DNA of 32,000 nucleotides from Pirellula staleyi DSM 6068 (GTDB lineage Bacteria; Planctomycetota; Planctomycetia; Pirellulales; Pirellulaceae): NCBI GenBank assembly GCA_000025185.1, contig CP001848.1, positions 1,830,001 to 1,862,000 of the forward strand, read 5' to 3'. Shown piece by piece: positions 25,064 to 32,000 of this stretch (position 1 is its first letter; each line of letters starts with the position of its first letter). The notes under the pieces were generated by a model. It saw only the letters and a program-made list of their open reading frames with translations, ran no database searches and was not told where the DNA came from. The position numbers and the translations under genes were made by a program.

Positions 25064-26470
25064 TCAGTGCGAAGCTGTCGGCGGCGCTTCGTGCAGGTTC
25101 CCGACGCTCCGTCCCGCCAAATGCTCGTCCGTGGGGTGATGCGGCACCGCGATCCGCTGCGAACGATAGATGCTCGCATGCCCGCTTACCCAGCTGGCGA
25201 CGTAGCAGCCCACCGCCAGGTAAATCACCAGCCCCGAGCCCACCAGATCGTCACCCCCATGCACGAACAGCTCGATCCCCATCAGGGTCGATGCGAGGGG
25301 CGTTTTCGTGGCGGCTGCAAACAGGCTGACAAACCCCACAGCGGCCAGCAGTCCCAGCGGTGCGGAGAGGAGTGTTCCCATCGCATTGCCTCCCGCCGCT
25401 CCGATGAAGAACAGGGGTGTCACTTCGCCCCCTTTAAATCCGCTGCCGACCGTCACGGCGGTGAAGACCGTTTTCCAGGCCCAGCTCATCGGCCCGGCTC
25501 CCCCTTCTTCAAAACAGCCGGCAATGGTCATCAGCGAAGGATCGTGCGGATCGGGCATGACCCCCAGGCCGAGATAATCGCGCGAGGCGACGATGGCGGT
25601 CAGCAGCAGCACCACAGCGGCGCCGATCGCGGGGCGAGCGAGCGACCAGGGAACGTAGCGTTTCAGCAGCGCGCTGGTGCGGTGCGTGAGCTCGGCAAAC
25701 AGCCGGGCCATCAGTCCAAACGCCACCGCTGCGATCACGATTTTCAGTAGCAGCACGAGATCGAGCGGCCCGAGGTGCGAGCCTGCAGCGGCGCTCATCC
25801 ACGGCGCGATTTTGTACTCGGTATGTCCGATGCCGCAGAGGGTGGTGGTGGTGTCCCCAACGATACTGGCGAGCAGGCAGGTAAGAAAGCCGCGATAGCT
25901 CAGCTGGCCATGCGTCAGCACTTCGATGGCAAAGATCGCCCCTGCCACCGGCGTTCCGAACACCGCTCCAAAGCCAGCCGCCATCCCTGCCATCAGAAAG
26001 GTGCGCTGCTCCGATCGCTCGATGCCGAGCCACTGGCCGACGGAGTGGGCGAGGCTACCACCCATTTGCACTGCGGTCCCTTCACGGCCAGCCGAGCCAC
26101 CTGTCACGTGGGTGGCCAGCGTTCCCAGCAGCACCAGCGGAGCCATCCAGAGTGGCACACCGGCGGCTGGCTCGTGGATTTCCTCGAGCAGCAGATTGTT
26201 CCCCGCCTCAGCTTGTGGGCAGAGGCGCTGATATGCGAGCGCTACCAGCACTCCCGCGAGCGGCATCAAGTAAATCAGCCACGGATGCTCGTAGCGCAGC
26301 AGCGTCGCCTGATCGAGACTCCAGAGAAAAAACGCCACCGCCAGCCCCGTCACCACCCCAATCACCGTGGCCGCCAGGCTCAGCCTGACGCCGCGCCAGG
26401 CAATGTCGAGCATGCGCGAGTGGCGGGTCGAGTCGGGCTGCATTACTGGGGAGTTTCGTTTCGAAGCCAC
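25064..26470 (-). CDS. CLC-family anion channel/antiporter with fluoride-type (CLC-F) signature motifs
   Basis: A ~460-aa polytopic membrane protein. Contains GNNLL (where canonical CLCs have GSGIP), GSAGREGTAVQMG (GREGT instead of GREGP) and KGGEVTPLFF (GEVTP instead of GxFxP). The start is GTG 26470 or ATG 26443. CLC family confidence is high. The fluoride subtype is assigned from remembered signatures (about 0.6). Confidence 0.85.
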   Translation of the reverse strand: MASKRNSPVMQPDSTRHSRMLDIAWRGVRLSLAATVIGVVTGLAVAFFLWSLDQATLLRYEHPWLIYLMPLAGVLVALAYQRLCPQAEAGNNLLLEEIHEPAAGVPLWMAPLVLLGTLATHVTGGSAGREGTAVQMGGSLAHSVGQWLGIERSEQRTFLMAGMAAGFGAVFGTPVAGAIFAIEVLTHGQLSYRGFLTCLLASIVGDTTTTLCGIGHTEYKIAPWMSAAAGSHLGPLDLVLLLKIVIAAVAFGLMARLFAELTHRTSALLKRYVPWSLARPAIGAAVVLLLTAIVASRDYLGLGVMPDPHDPSLMTIAGCFEEGGAGPMSWAWKTVFTAVTVGSGFKGGEVTPLFFIGAAGGNAMGTLLSAPLGLLAAVGFVSLFAAATKTPLASTLMGIELFVHGGDDLVGSGLVIYLAVGCYVASWVSGHASIYRSQRIAVPHHPTDEHLAGRSVGNLHEAPPTASH

Positions 26471-26560
26471 GCGAGTATCGGTTGCAGAAGGCGACGTTGG
26501 ATCTGAAGTAATTCACACAACAAGAAGAGGCAGCCAGCGCCGCCAGCATCGGGACATATC

Positions 26561-26610
26561 CTAGAGCCACCCCACGATGTGTCATAGCCACGATTCCATA
26601 GCCACGATTC
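26561..26610. repeat. Tandem 14-bp repeat (2 perfect copies + 1 degenerate) upstream of the CLC gene
   Basis: CATAGCCACGATTC occurs at 26583-26596 and again at 26597-26610. The preceding CTAGAGCCACCCCACGATGTGT is a degenerate third unit. Confidence 0.85.
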
Positions 26611-26642
26611 ATCCCGCAGAGCCGCCGTAGTACTTCGTGTAG

Positions 26643-26737
26643 CGATCCATGTCATGCAATCCAGCGTGCCACTGGGCTCTGCCAGTGAGAAGCTTGCCAG
26701 TGGCGACAGGGTACCCCCGGTAGCTTGGCTACCGGGG
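26643..26737. repeat. Palindromic intergenic repeats: family A copy 2 followed by an inverted family B unit
   Basis: CGATCCATGTCA...GTGCCACTGGGCTCTGCCAGTGAGAAGCTTGCCAGTGGC (26666-26704) is identical over 39 nt to 27145-27183. GTACCCCCGGTAGCTTGGCTACCGGGG (26711-26737) is the reverse complement of the family B core with 1 mismatch. Confidence 0.85.
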
Positions 26738-26831
26738 CAGCGTAGCTGTCAGAGTCTGGCGGCTTAATCAAGGCGCGATGAGAACGATCGGGTCCTCGGA
26801 ATTCGCAGGCTCTTGGGGGAGAGCGTCTCTA

Positions 26832-26873
26832 GCCGACTTCGTCGGCCCCGGTAGCCGAGCTACCGGGGGTACC
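26832..26873. repeat. Palindromic intergenic repeat, family B copy
   Basis: GCCGACTTCGTCGGCCCCGGTAGCCGAGCTACCGGGGGTAC contains two hairpins, CCGAC-TTC-GTCGG and CCCCGGTAGC-CGA-GCTACCGGGG. It matches 27082-27123 at 41 of 42 nt. Confidence 0.85.
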
Positions 26874-27081
26874 CAAAAATAAAGTGACGAGCAAGTGGTA
26901 GGGCCGGTTCCACCGGCCGAGAGGTGCGCGAAATGCCAAGCCTGTGCCGAGCACGATCGCGTCCGGGCCAGCCAGACCTACAGAGCTGCAGCCACCGGTG
27001 CTGACCATTTTCCCCGCTTCTCTTCACCCCAGTTTGCTCGCAAACTGGGTTTACAAGAGGCTTGCTGCTAAATCGCCTCTT

Positions 27082-27123
27082 GCCGACTTCGTCGGCCCCG
27101 GTTGCCGAGCTACCGGGGGTACT
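27082..27123. repeat. Palindromic intergenic repeat, family B copy
   Basis: GCCGACTTCGTCGGCCCCGGTTGCCGAGCTACCGGGGGTAC, with one mismatch to 26832-26873. Confidence 0.85.
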
Positions 27124-27144
27124 CAAGACCGGACCTACTGCTGG

Positions 27145-27185
27145 GTGCCACTGGGCTCTGCCAGTGAGAAGCTTGCCAGTGGCAC
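27145..27185. repeat. Palindromic intergenic repeat, family A copy 3 (nested hairpins)
   Basis: GTGCCACTGG (27145-27154) pairs perfectly with CCAGTGGCAC (27176-27185). An inner CACTGG/CCAGTG hairpin lies within. The sequence is identical to 26666-26704 over 39 nt. Confidence 0.85.
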
Positions 27186-27190
27186 CCAAG

Positions 27191-27236
27191 AAAAAAAAGC
27201 GACGTGCAAGGAGAGGCAGGCTCCTGGCACGTCGCT
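27191..27236 (-). terminator. Intrinsic terminator of the HtrA-family gene
   Basis: AGCGACGTGC (27198-27207) and GCACGTCGCT (27227-27236) form a perfect 10-bp stem. The plus-strand A8 run (27191-27198) gives a U-tract after the stem on the minus strand. It lies 56 nt after the stop at 27292. Confidence 0.7.
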
Positions 27237-27291
27237 CAAAGTGGAAACGATGTGGAGTGGAAAAAATCGGGCTCGCGGGGCGAGAACCTGG

Positions 27292-28857
27292 TTATTCGCT
27301 CCGGAGGACGACAAAGCGGGTGCCGTTCTGCGATTTCACTCGCAGCAGCACACCCTTGGCGAGATCAGCAGCATCGATCTGTTTCTGGAACTCGGCAGGA
27401 CTACGAACCGCTATCCCTTTCACATCGAGCACCACATCACCGGGAGCCAGTCCGGCCGAGTCGGCGATGCTGCTCGGCGCGACAGCGGTGATCACCACCC
27501 CCTCGGTGCCGGCGAGGCCGAGTTGCTCGGCCAATGGCTCGCTGAGGGTCGTCACTTCGACGCCCACCTGCCCGAGCGCAGTGGTCGGCGGAAGTTCGTC
27601 GGGGGCTCGGGCTCCTTTGGCGATCAGCCCATAGTTCTCAGGCTGCTCGCGCACCGTGACTGAAAGTTCCACCCGTTTTCCTTCCCGAACCACTGTCAGC
27701 TTCTGAGGCTGATTGAGTGGCAATCGACCCACCATCGCTTGCAGCTGACGATGGTTGGCCACCGGCTGACCATTGATTTCCACAATCACATCTTGCGGCA
27801 AAAGGCCAGCGCTGGCGGCGGGGGAATTGGGCTGCACATCGGTCACCAAAGCGCCGCTCGGCGTATCAATTCCAAGCTGCCCGGCGAGCTGCTGATCGAT
27901 CGGCTGAATGCCGACCCCCAGGTAAGCGCGGTGCACCTTGCCATCGCTCAGCAGTTGCGAGCTGACCCACTTCGCGACATTCACCGGCACGGCAAAACCG
28001 ATACCCTGGAAGCCGCCACTGCTGCTGCTGATCGCGGTGTTAATGCCGATCACTTGCCCTCGCAAGTTCACCAGGGGACCACCACTGTTGCCCGGATTGA
28101 TAGCGGCATCGGTTTGCAAAAATTCTTCGTGCCGCATCATGCCGATCGCGCGACCTTTGGCCGAGATGATCCCCGCCGTCACGGTGTCGTTCAAGCCGAA
28201 CGGTTGACCGAGCGCGAGGACCCAGTCGCCGATCCGCATTTCGTCGCTATCGCCAAGCTCGGCATAGGGGAGTTCTTTGTCCGACTTGATGCGCACAATC
28301 GCCAGGTCGGTGCTGGGGTCGGTCTTCACATCGGTCGCCACAAACTCGCGACCATCGTGCAATTTCACGGTGATTTTGCCACCACCAGCCACCACGTGAT
28401 TGTTGGTGAGAATCACACCAGCAGCGTCGATGATCACCCCCGAGCCGCTACTCTCTTGGCGAGGCTGAGCCCCTGGATTCTCGAAAATATCAGCCCCTTC
28501 GGGAAGGTTTTCGAAGAACCGTTTGAGGAGCGGGTCCATCTGCTCGAGCTGACGTTTGTCGAGCGAGCGTCCCTCGCCGCGCACCAGTTTATTTTGCGAA
28601 ACTTGCTGAATCGCGACGACAGCCGGAAGCACGCGCTCCGACGCGCCGCGAAACGCTTGCGACAGCGACGAGGCTTGGCCGACAGCTCGTTCATGCTCGG
28701 CCGGAAGCGGGGCGGGACGGGAGTCGGCTGTCAGCTGACTCTGGCGATCGCCGAGCCAGTATCCACCGAGGGCGACCAGCATCATCGAGCCTGCCACCAC
28801 ACTGATGGTGGGAAAGTGAAAGCGATACTTGGGGGATCGTAACTCCGGGTAACTCAT
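27292..28857 (-). CDS. HtrA/DegP/DegQ-family periplasmic serine protease with two PDZ domains, N-terminal membrane anchor
   Basis: Catalytic triad contexts LTNNHVV, TDLAIVRI and GNSGGPLVN. Two PDZ-like regions (YLGVGIQP.., GVEVTTL..GVVITAV). N-terminal hydrophobic FPTISVVAGSMMLVALGGYWL. ATG 28857 is preceded by AAGGAG. The ORF is open from 28962. Confidence 0.9.
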   Translation of the reverse strand: MSYPELRSPKYRFHFPTISVVAGSMMLVALGGYWLGDRQSQLTADSRPAPLPAEHERAVGQASSLSQAFRGASERVLPAVVAIQQVSQNKLVRGEGRSLDKRQLEQMDPLLKRFFENLPEGADIFENPGAQPRQESSGSGVIIDAAGVILTNNHVVAGGGKITVKLHDGREFVATDVKTDPSTDLAIVRIKSDKELPYAELGDSDEMRIGDWVLALGQPFGLNDTVTAGIISAKGRAIGMMRHEEFLQTDAAINPGNSGGPLVNLRGQVIGINTAISSSSGGFQGIGFAVPVNVAKWVSSQLLSDGKVHRAYLGVGIQPIDQQLAGQLGIDTPSGALVTDVQPNSPAASAGLLPQDVIVEINGQPVANHRQLQAMVGRLPLNQPQKLTVVREGKRVELSVTVREQPENYGLIAKGARAPDELPPTTALGQVGVEVTTLSEPLAEQLGLAGTEGVVITAVAPSSIADSAGLAPGDVVLDVKGIAVRSPAEFQKQIDAADLAKGVLLRVKSQNGTRFVVLRSE

Positions 28858-28911
28858 GAGAAACTCCTTAACCAATAAGAAGTAACGACTTACGAATTGG
28901 TGAAAAACTCG

Positions 28912-28940
28912 AAAATAAGATGAATCGAAATAGAGAACAA
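28912..28940 (-). promoter_or_regulatory. Candidate sigma-70-type promoter of the HtrA-family gene
   Basis: The minus strand reads TTGTTC (28940-28935), a 17-nt spacer, then TATTTT (28917-28912). This sits in an AT-rich patch about 55 nt upstream of the ATG. Pattern match only. Confidence 0.3.
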
Positions 28941-29413
28941 TCGCTTGCGACTTCGGCAGCAACTCTTCACGACTTCAGCATCAGCAGCTCGTCGCGCCAG
29001 GGCAGCTTGGCCGTAGCTGTCGGGGCGATCGACCAGTCGTCTGCCAAAATGACCGACGCGTCGCTCGCAGCGCTTCTTCCTATGCAGCGTGCATGCCAAT
29101 TGGCGTGCGGAAGCGGGGAGGAATCGCTGCTAGCGATGCTCGCACGATGCGGCTCTACGAGGTCGCTACCACTTTGCTACGCGGCAAAGTCCAGCTTGGT
29201 TTAGTCACCTCGGGATTACGTTTTTTTCAGCCAGCGGAGACTCGTAAAAATCGGTCAGGGAGTGATTGCTCTTGCCACGGCGTAACTTTCTGGCTCCCTT
29301 GGGGTTTAACGCTGGGGCTCGCTTGCCGCCACTAACTGCTTGCCAGCACTGGTGCTTGCGACCACCCTGCCCATCGCCCCTGTCTGCCAATTTCTCTGCT
29401 TGGGAGAGTCCGA

Positions 29414-30925
29414 ATGGAAGATCACCTGCCCCGTCCTGTCCTTCGATTTGCCGCCCAGTCGCTGCGGCGTCTTACGCTGGCAGTTGCCGCCGTAAGTGCT
29501 TCTGCACCAGGTGTTTGCGGCGGATATGCTGCGGCTGCCGACTGGCCTGGATTTCGAGGCCCCACGGCCAACGGCTTGACGAGCGAAGTGGCCCTCCCCA
29601 CGTCGTGGAGCAAGGACGAAAACGTCGCCTGGAAGCTAGCAATTCCGGGAGCTGCCTGGTCGCAGCCGATTGTGTGGAAAGGAAAGGTCTACCTCACCAC
29701 CGCCGTGACCGAGAACCAGTCGAAGCCCTCGACCGGAGCCGCGGGTGGTCGTGGCGGACGTCCGGGTGGCGGCTTTGGACCTCCCGGCGCAGGTGGTCCT
29801 CCTCCAGGCGGAGTTCCGGGTCGTCCCCCACGCGGCGAAGGTCCTCCCGGGGAACGTCCAGGTGGAGCTCCTGGCGGATTTGGTGGTGGGCGCGAGCGGG
29901 CCCCGGCCAGCAACTACCAGTGGAAAGTGATCTGCCTCGATCAAGCGACCGGCAAGCTCGAGTGGGAGAAAGTGGCCCACGAAGGGAAGCCTGCTATCGG
30001 CATCCACCGGACCAACACCTACGCTTCGGAAACTCCCGTGACCGACGGCGAGCGGCTGTATGTTTACTTCGGCATGACCGGGCTCTATTGCTACGATCTC
30101 GCCGGCAAAGAGCTTTGGAAAAAAGACCTCGGCACGTACGAAATGCAGAACGGCTGGGGAACCGGCAGCTCGCCAGCGGTCGACGATAAGCGGCTCTACA
30201 TCCAGTGCGATAACGAGGAGAAATCGTTCCTCGTTGCCTTGGACAAAACCGATGGCAAAGTGCTGTGGCAAAAGGATCGGGATGAGAAGTCGAACTGGTC
30301 GACCCCGTATCTCTGGAAGAACAAGCTGCGGACCGAGCTGGTGACCGGTGGTGGCAACAAGATGCGTTCGTATAACCCCGAAACGGGCGAGCTGCTGTGG
30401 GAGTGTGGTGGCGGTGTCAGCCGCTGCTCGGCCACCCCGGTGGGCAACGACGACATGCTGTTCGTCGGCACCGGCGGGGGACAAGGTTCGGGACCACTCC
30501 TGGCCATCAAAGCGGGAGCCAAGGGGGACATCAGCCTCTCGGGAACCGATAGCTCAAGCGACTTCGTCGCCTGGAGCGTCGAACGGGGTGGACCACCGAT
30601 GGCCTCGCCGCTGCTCTATCAGGGGCTGCTGTATGTCCTCGATCAGCGCGGCGGTGTGATCACCTGCTACGACGCTGCCACCGGCAAACAGCATTACAAA
30701 GAACGTCTTCCCGGCGCCACCGGTTTCTATTCCTCGCCGTGGGCCTGCGGCGACACGGTCTATGTGATGGATCAAGAGGGAACAGCGTTTGTGCTGAAGG
30801 CTGGCCCAACGCTCGAAGTGCTGCAGACCAACAAGCTCGGCGAGATGTTTTGGTCGAGCGTTTGCGTGGCCGACGGCAGCTTGATCCTGCGAGGCATCGA
30901 CAACATCTACTGCATCAAGCCCTAA
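29414..30925 (+). CDS. PQQ-like beta-propeller repeat protein (BamB-like fold), secreted, with Gly/Pro-rich insert
   Basis: Signal peptide, then AADWPGFRGPTANGLTSEVALPTSW..VAWKLAIPGAAWSQPIVWKGKVYLTTA, typical of planctomycete PQQ-like propeller proteins. Repeated blade motifs follow (LYVYFG, LYIQCD, LFVGTG, LYVLD, VYVMD, LILRG). Low-complexity insert at 29723-29905. Confidence 0.85.
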   Translation: MEDHLPRPVLRFAAQSLRRLTLAVAAVSASAPGVCGGYAAAADWPGFRGPTANGLTSEVALPTSWSKDENVAWKLAIPGAAWSQPIVWKGKVYLTTAVTENQSKPSTGAAGGRGGRPGGGFGPPGAGGPPPGGVPGRPPRGEGPPGERPGGAPGGFGGGRERAPASNYQWKVICLDQATGKLEWEKVAHEGKPAIGIHRTNTYASETPVTDGERLYVYFGMTGLYCYDLAGKELWKKDLGTYEMQNGWGTGSSPAVDDKRLYIQCDNEEKSFLVALDKTDGKVLWQKDRDEKSNWSTPYLWKNKLRTELVTGGGNKMRSYNPETGELLWECGGGVSRCSATPVGNDDMLFVGTGGGQGSGPLLAIKAGAKGDISLSGTDSSSDFVAWSVERGGPPMASPLLYQGLLYVLDQRGGVITCYDAATGKQHYKERLPGATGFYSSPWACGDTVYVMDQEGTAFVLKAGPTLEVLQTNKLGEMFWSSVCVADGSLILRGIDNIYCIKP

Positions 30926-30945
30926 GCTACGAACGATAGCGCATG

Positions 30946-30988
30946 AAAAAACGCAAGGTGGAAAGCTGAAGAGCGTTCCACCTTGCGT
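30946..30988. terminator. Bidirectional intrinsic terminator between convergent genes
   Basis: ACGCAAGGTGGAA (30951-30963) and TTCCACCTTGCGT (30976-30988) form a perfect 13-bp stem. It is flanked by A6 on the left (a U-tract for the minus-strand gene) and CGTTTAT on the right. Confidence 0.7.
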
Positions 30989-31032
30989 CGTTTATCGGCC
31001 GAAGTTTGCGAGCAGTTCGAGCGCGTCCGGCA

Positions 31033-32000
31033 CTAGAACTCGAGCTGATACTTCTGCGACATCACTTGGCGAACCTTGGCGGTTTCGTTGTCCATCTCGG
31101 CGAAGATGGCGCGGGCCGTGGTGGCTCCTTGAGCCTTCTGCTCGGCACCAATCGCGCGACGCTGACCGGCGACGTTGTTCCACTGCACGGTATAGTCGTA
31201 GCCCCCACCCCAGAAGCCGCCGTAGCTGCTCCCCGAGGTGGTGTACTCTTGATAAACCTGCGCCTTCATCGCCGCGCTGTTAATGCCAATTCCCTTGAGC
31301 GCGGTCGAAGCATCGCGCATCCGCTGCGTGGTGTAGCGGCCGTAGGCGAGCATTTCCGGATCGACGTTCAGCACCGGCAAGCGATCGATACGACGAGCCC
31401 AGTTGTCGAGCCACATCGCGTTTTGGCCAAGGGTCTTCGAGCTCGACGATTCACGCCGCGCATCGTCACGAATCGCGGTAATCGCCTTGAAATACTGCTG
31501 GGTCGAGAGCGCCACGCGGCTCGCTTCCGGAAGCTGCGACTGCGAGCGCGACTTGTTCGCCGCAATCAGAGCGGCTGTTGGGTGATCGATCAGCGTGAGG
31601 ACACGCTTGCGACCTTCGCGCGACATCGGGCCGTGGAAGCTGAAGCGGTTGGCCTCGGTGCTGGCGGTCCATGTTTCAATATCGTCGATCATCAGCCCCA
31701 GGTTCGTGAGCGCCTCGATCAAAATCGGCTTGGCGTAAGGGGCGAGGATCGTTGCATCTTGATTGAAGTGCACCATCAAGCGGCCGAACGATTCGTCGGT
31801 CACCGCCATCTCGAGCACCACACCCCGCAGGCTGGCCAGTGCCTGAGCAGCGGCATCCATGTCGACATTCTTGCCCGAGAGTGCGCTGCTGCCAGCGAGC
31901 TTCATCTTTAGGATCGAAGCGGGAACAGCATCCTCGAGATCAAACGCCACCACCACCTGGCTCGTCTCCGAGGCTTTGAGGGTCCCCATCAGGTAGGGCG
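31033..32000 (-). CDS. Hypothetical protein, probably 5'-truncated by the window edge
   Basis: 318-aa ORF ending ..SQKYQLEF, stop at 31033. An ATG exists at 31989, but the frame stays open to base 32000 and the N-terminus looks internal. No family recognised. Confidence 0.55.
   Translation of the reverse strand, partial: PYLMGTLKASETSQVVVAFDLEDAVPASILKMKLAGSSALSGKNVDMDAAAQALASLRGVVLEMAVTDESFGRLMVHFNQDATILAPYAKPILIEALTNLGLMIDDIETWTASTEANRFSFHGPMSREGRKRVLTLIDHPTAALIAANKSRSQSQLPEASRVALSTQQYFKAITAIRDDARRESSSSKTLGQNAMWLDNWARRIDRLPVLNVDPEMLAYGRYTTQRMRDASTALKGIGINSAAMKAQVYQEYTTSGSSYGGFWGGGYDYTVQWNNVAGQRRAIGAEQKAQGATTARAIFAEMDNETAKVRQVMSQKYQLEF

Noticed and set aside
25058-26506. Two plus-strand ORFs (230 and 243 aa) antisense to the CLC gene
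   Set aside because: They are shadow ORFs. The minus frame encodes a coherent polytopic membrane protein with CLC motifs.
27005-27090. Hairpin - UGUAAAC - hairpin arrangement on the minus strand, superficially like a fluoride (crcB-motif) riboswitch
   Set aside because: It lacks the conserved GGNGAUG loop and the CUGAUG...CCUAC pseudoknot partner. It also lies more than 500 nt from the CLC start. It needs cmsearch to be certain, but by eye it is not a match.
26561-27185. Possible CRISPR array, given the repeated ~40-nt palindromic units
   Set aside because: The units belong to two different families in mixed orientation with irregular spacing (45 to 250 bp). One copy also occurs 21 kb away, and there are no cas genes. 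This fits REP/MITE-like repeats, not CRISPR.
26860-27663. ORFs of 109 aa (minus) and 239/190 aa (plus) crossing the CLC-HtrA spacer
   Set aside because: They run through palindromic repeat units and a terminator, and then antisense into the HtrA gene. There is no start context and no motifs, so they are repeat-derived artefacts.
27739-28842. 367-aa plus-strand ORF antisense to the HtrA gene
   Set aside because: It is a shadow ORF. The minus frame has the His/Asp/Ser triad contexts and PDZ domains.
29689-29913. 74-aa minus-strand Pro/Gly-rich ORF (collagen- or extensin-like look)
   Set aside because: It is the antisense image of the Gly/Pro-rich insert of the beta-propeller gene, with no independent support.

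Overview
GC-rich chromosomal segment. Its gene content suggests a Planctomycetota (Pirellulales-like) genome: two formylglycine-type sulfatases, two DUF1559/prepilin-N-terminus proteins, a PVC-type heme-binding CxxCH dehydrogenase-like protein and a PQQ-like beta-propeller. This assignment is inferred from family content only. I support about 20 protein-coding genes and found no tRNA, rRNA, CRISPR array, integrase or transposase. The flanks are ordinary: partial deoC, sulfatases, a DoxX-like protein, a CLC channel with fluoride-type (CLC-F) signature motifs, an HtrA/DegP protease and a beta-propeller protein. The unusual part is the centre, 9.8-23.2 kb. A 1258-aa helical-repeat protein ending in a CHAT (caspase-like) protease domain converges on a tightly packed six-gene minus-strand cluster (23148 -> 14032). 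In transcription order the cluster encodes an unknown 339-aa protein, a divergent sigma-70/ECF-like factor, and an 860-aa bacterial dynamin-like protein (DLP) with a large coiled-coil insert in its GTPase domain. These are followed by an M48 Zn-metalloprotease ending in a zinc ribbon, a 570-aa protein with an N-terminal zinc ribbon and a dynamin-like G domain whose GTP-binding motifs are destroyed, and a second intact 663-aa DLP. The last three junctions are a 9-nt gap and two ATGA stop/start overlaps. I know of no described dynamin system with this composition, so it is my top candidate for a novel membrane-remodelling, envelope-stress or anti-phage module. Intergenic regions carry a dispersed family of nested palindromic repeats, a perfect 14-bp tandem repeat upstream of the CLC gene, and several clear intrinsic terminators. 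All calls come from reading the supplied translations and sequence by eye. No database search was run.
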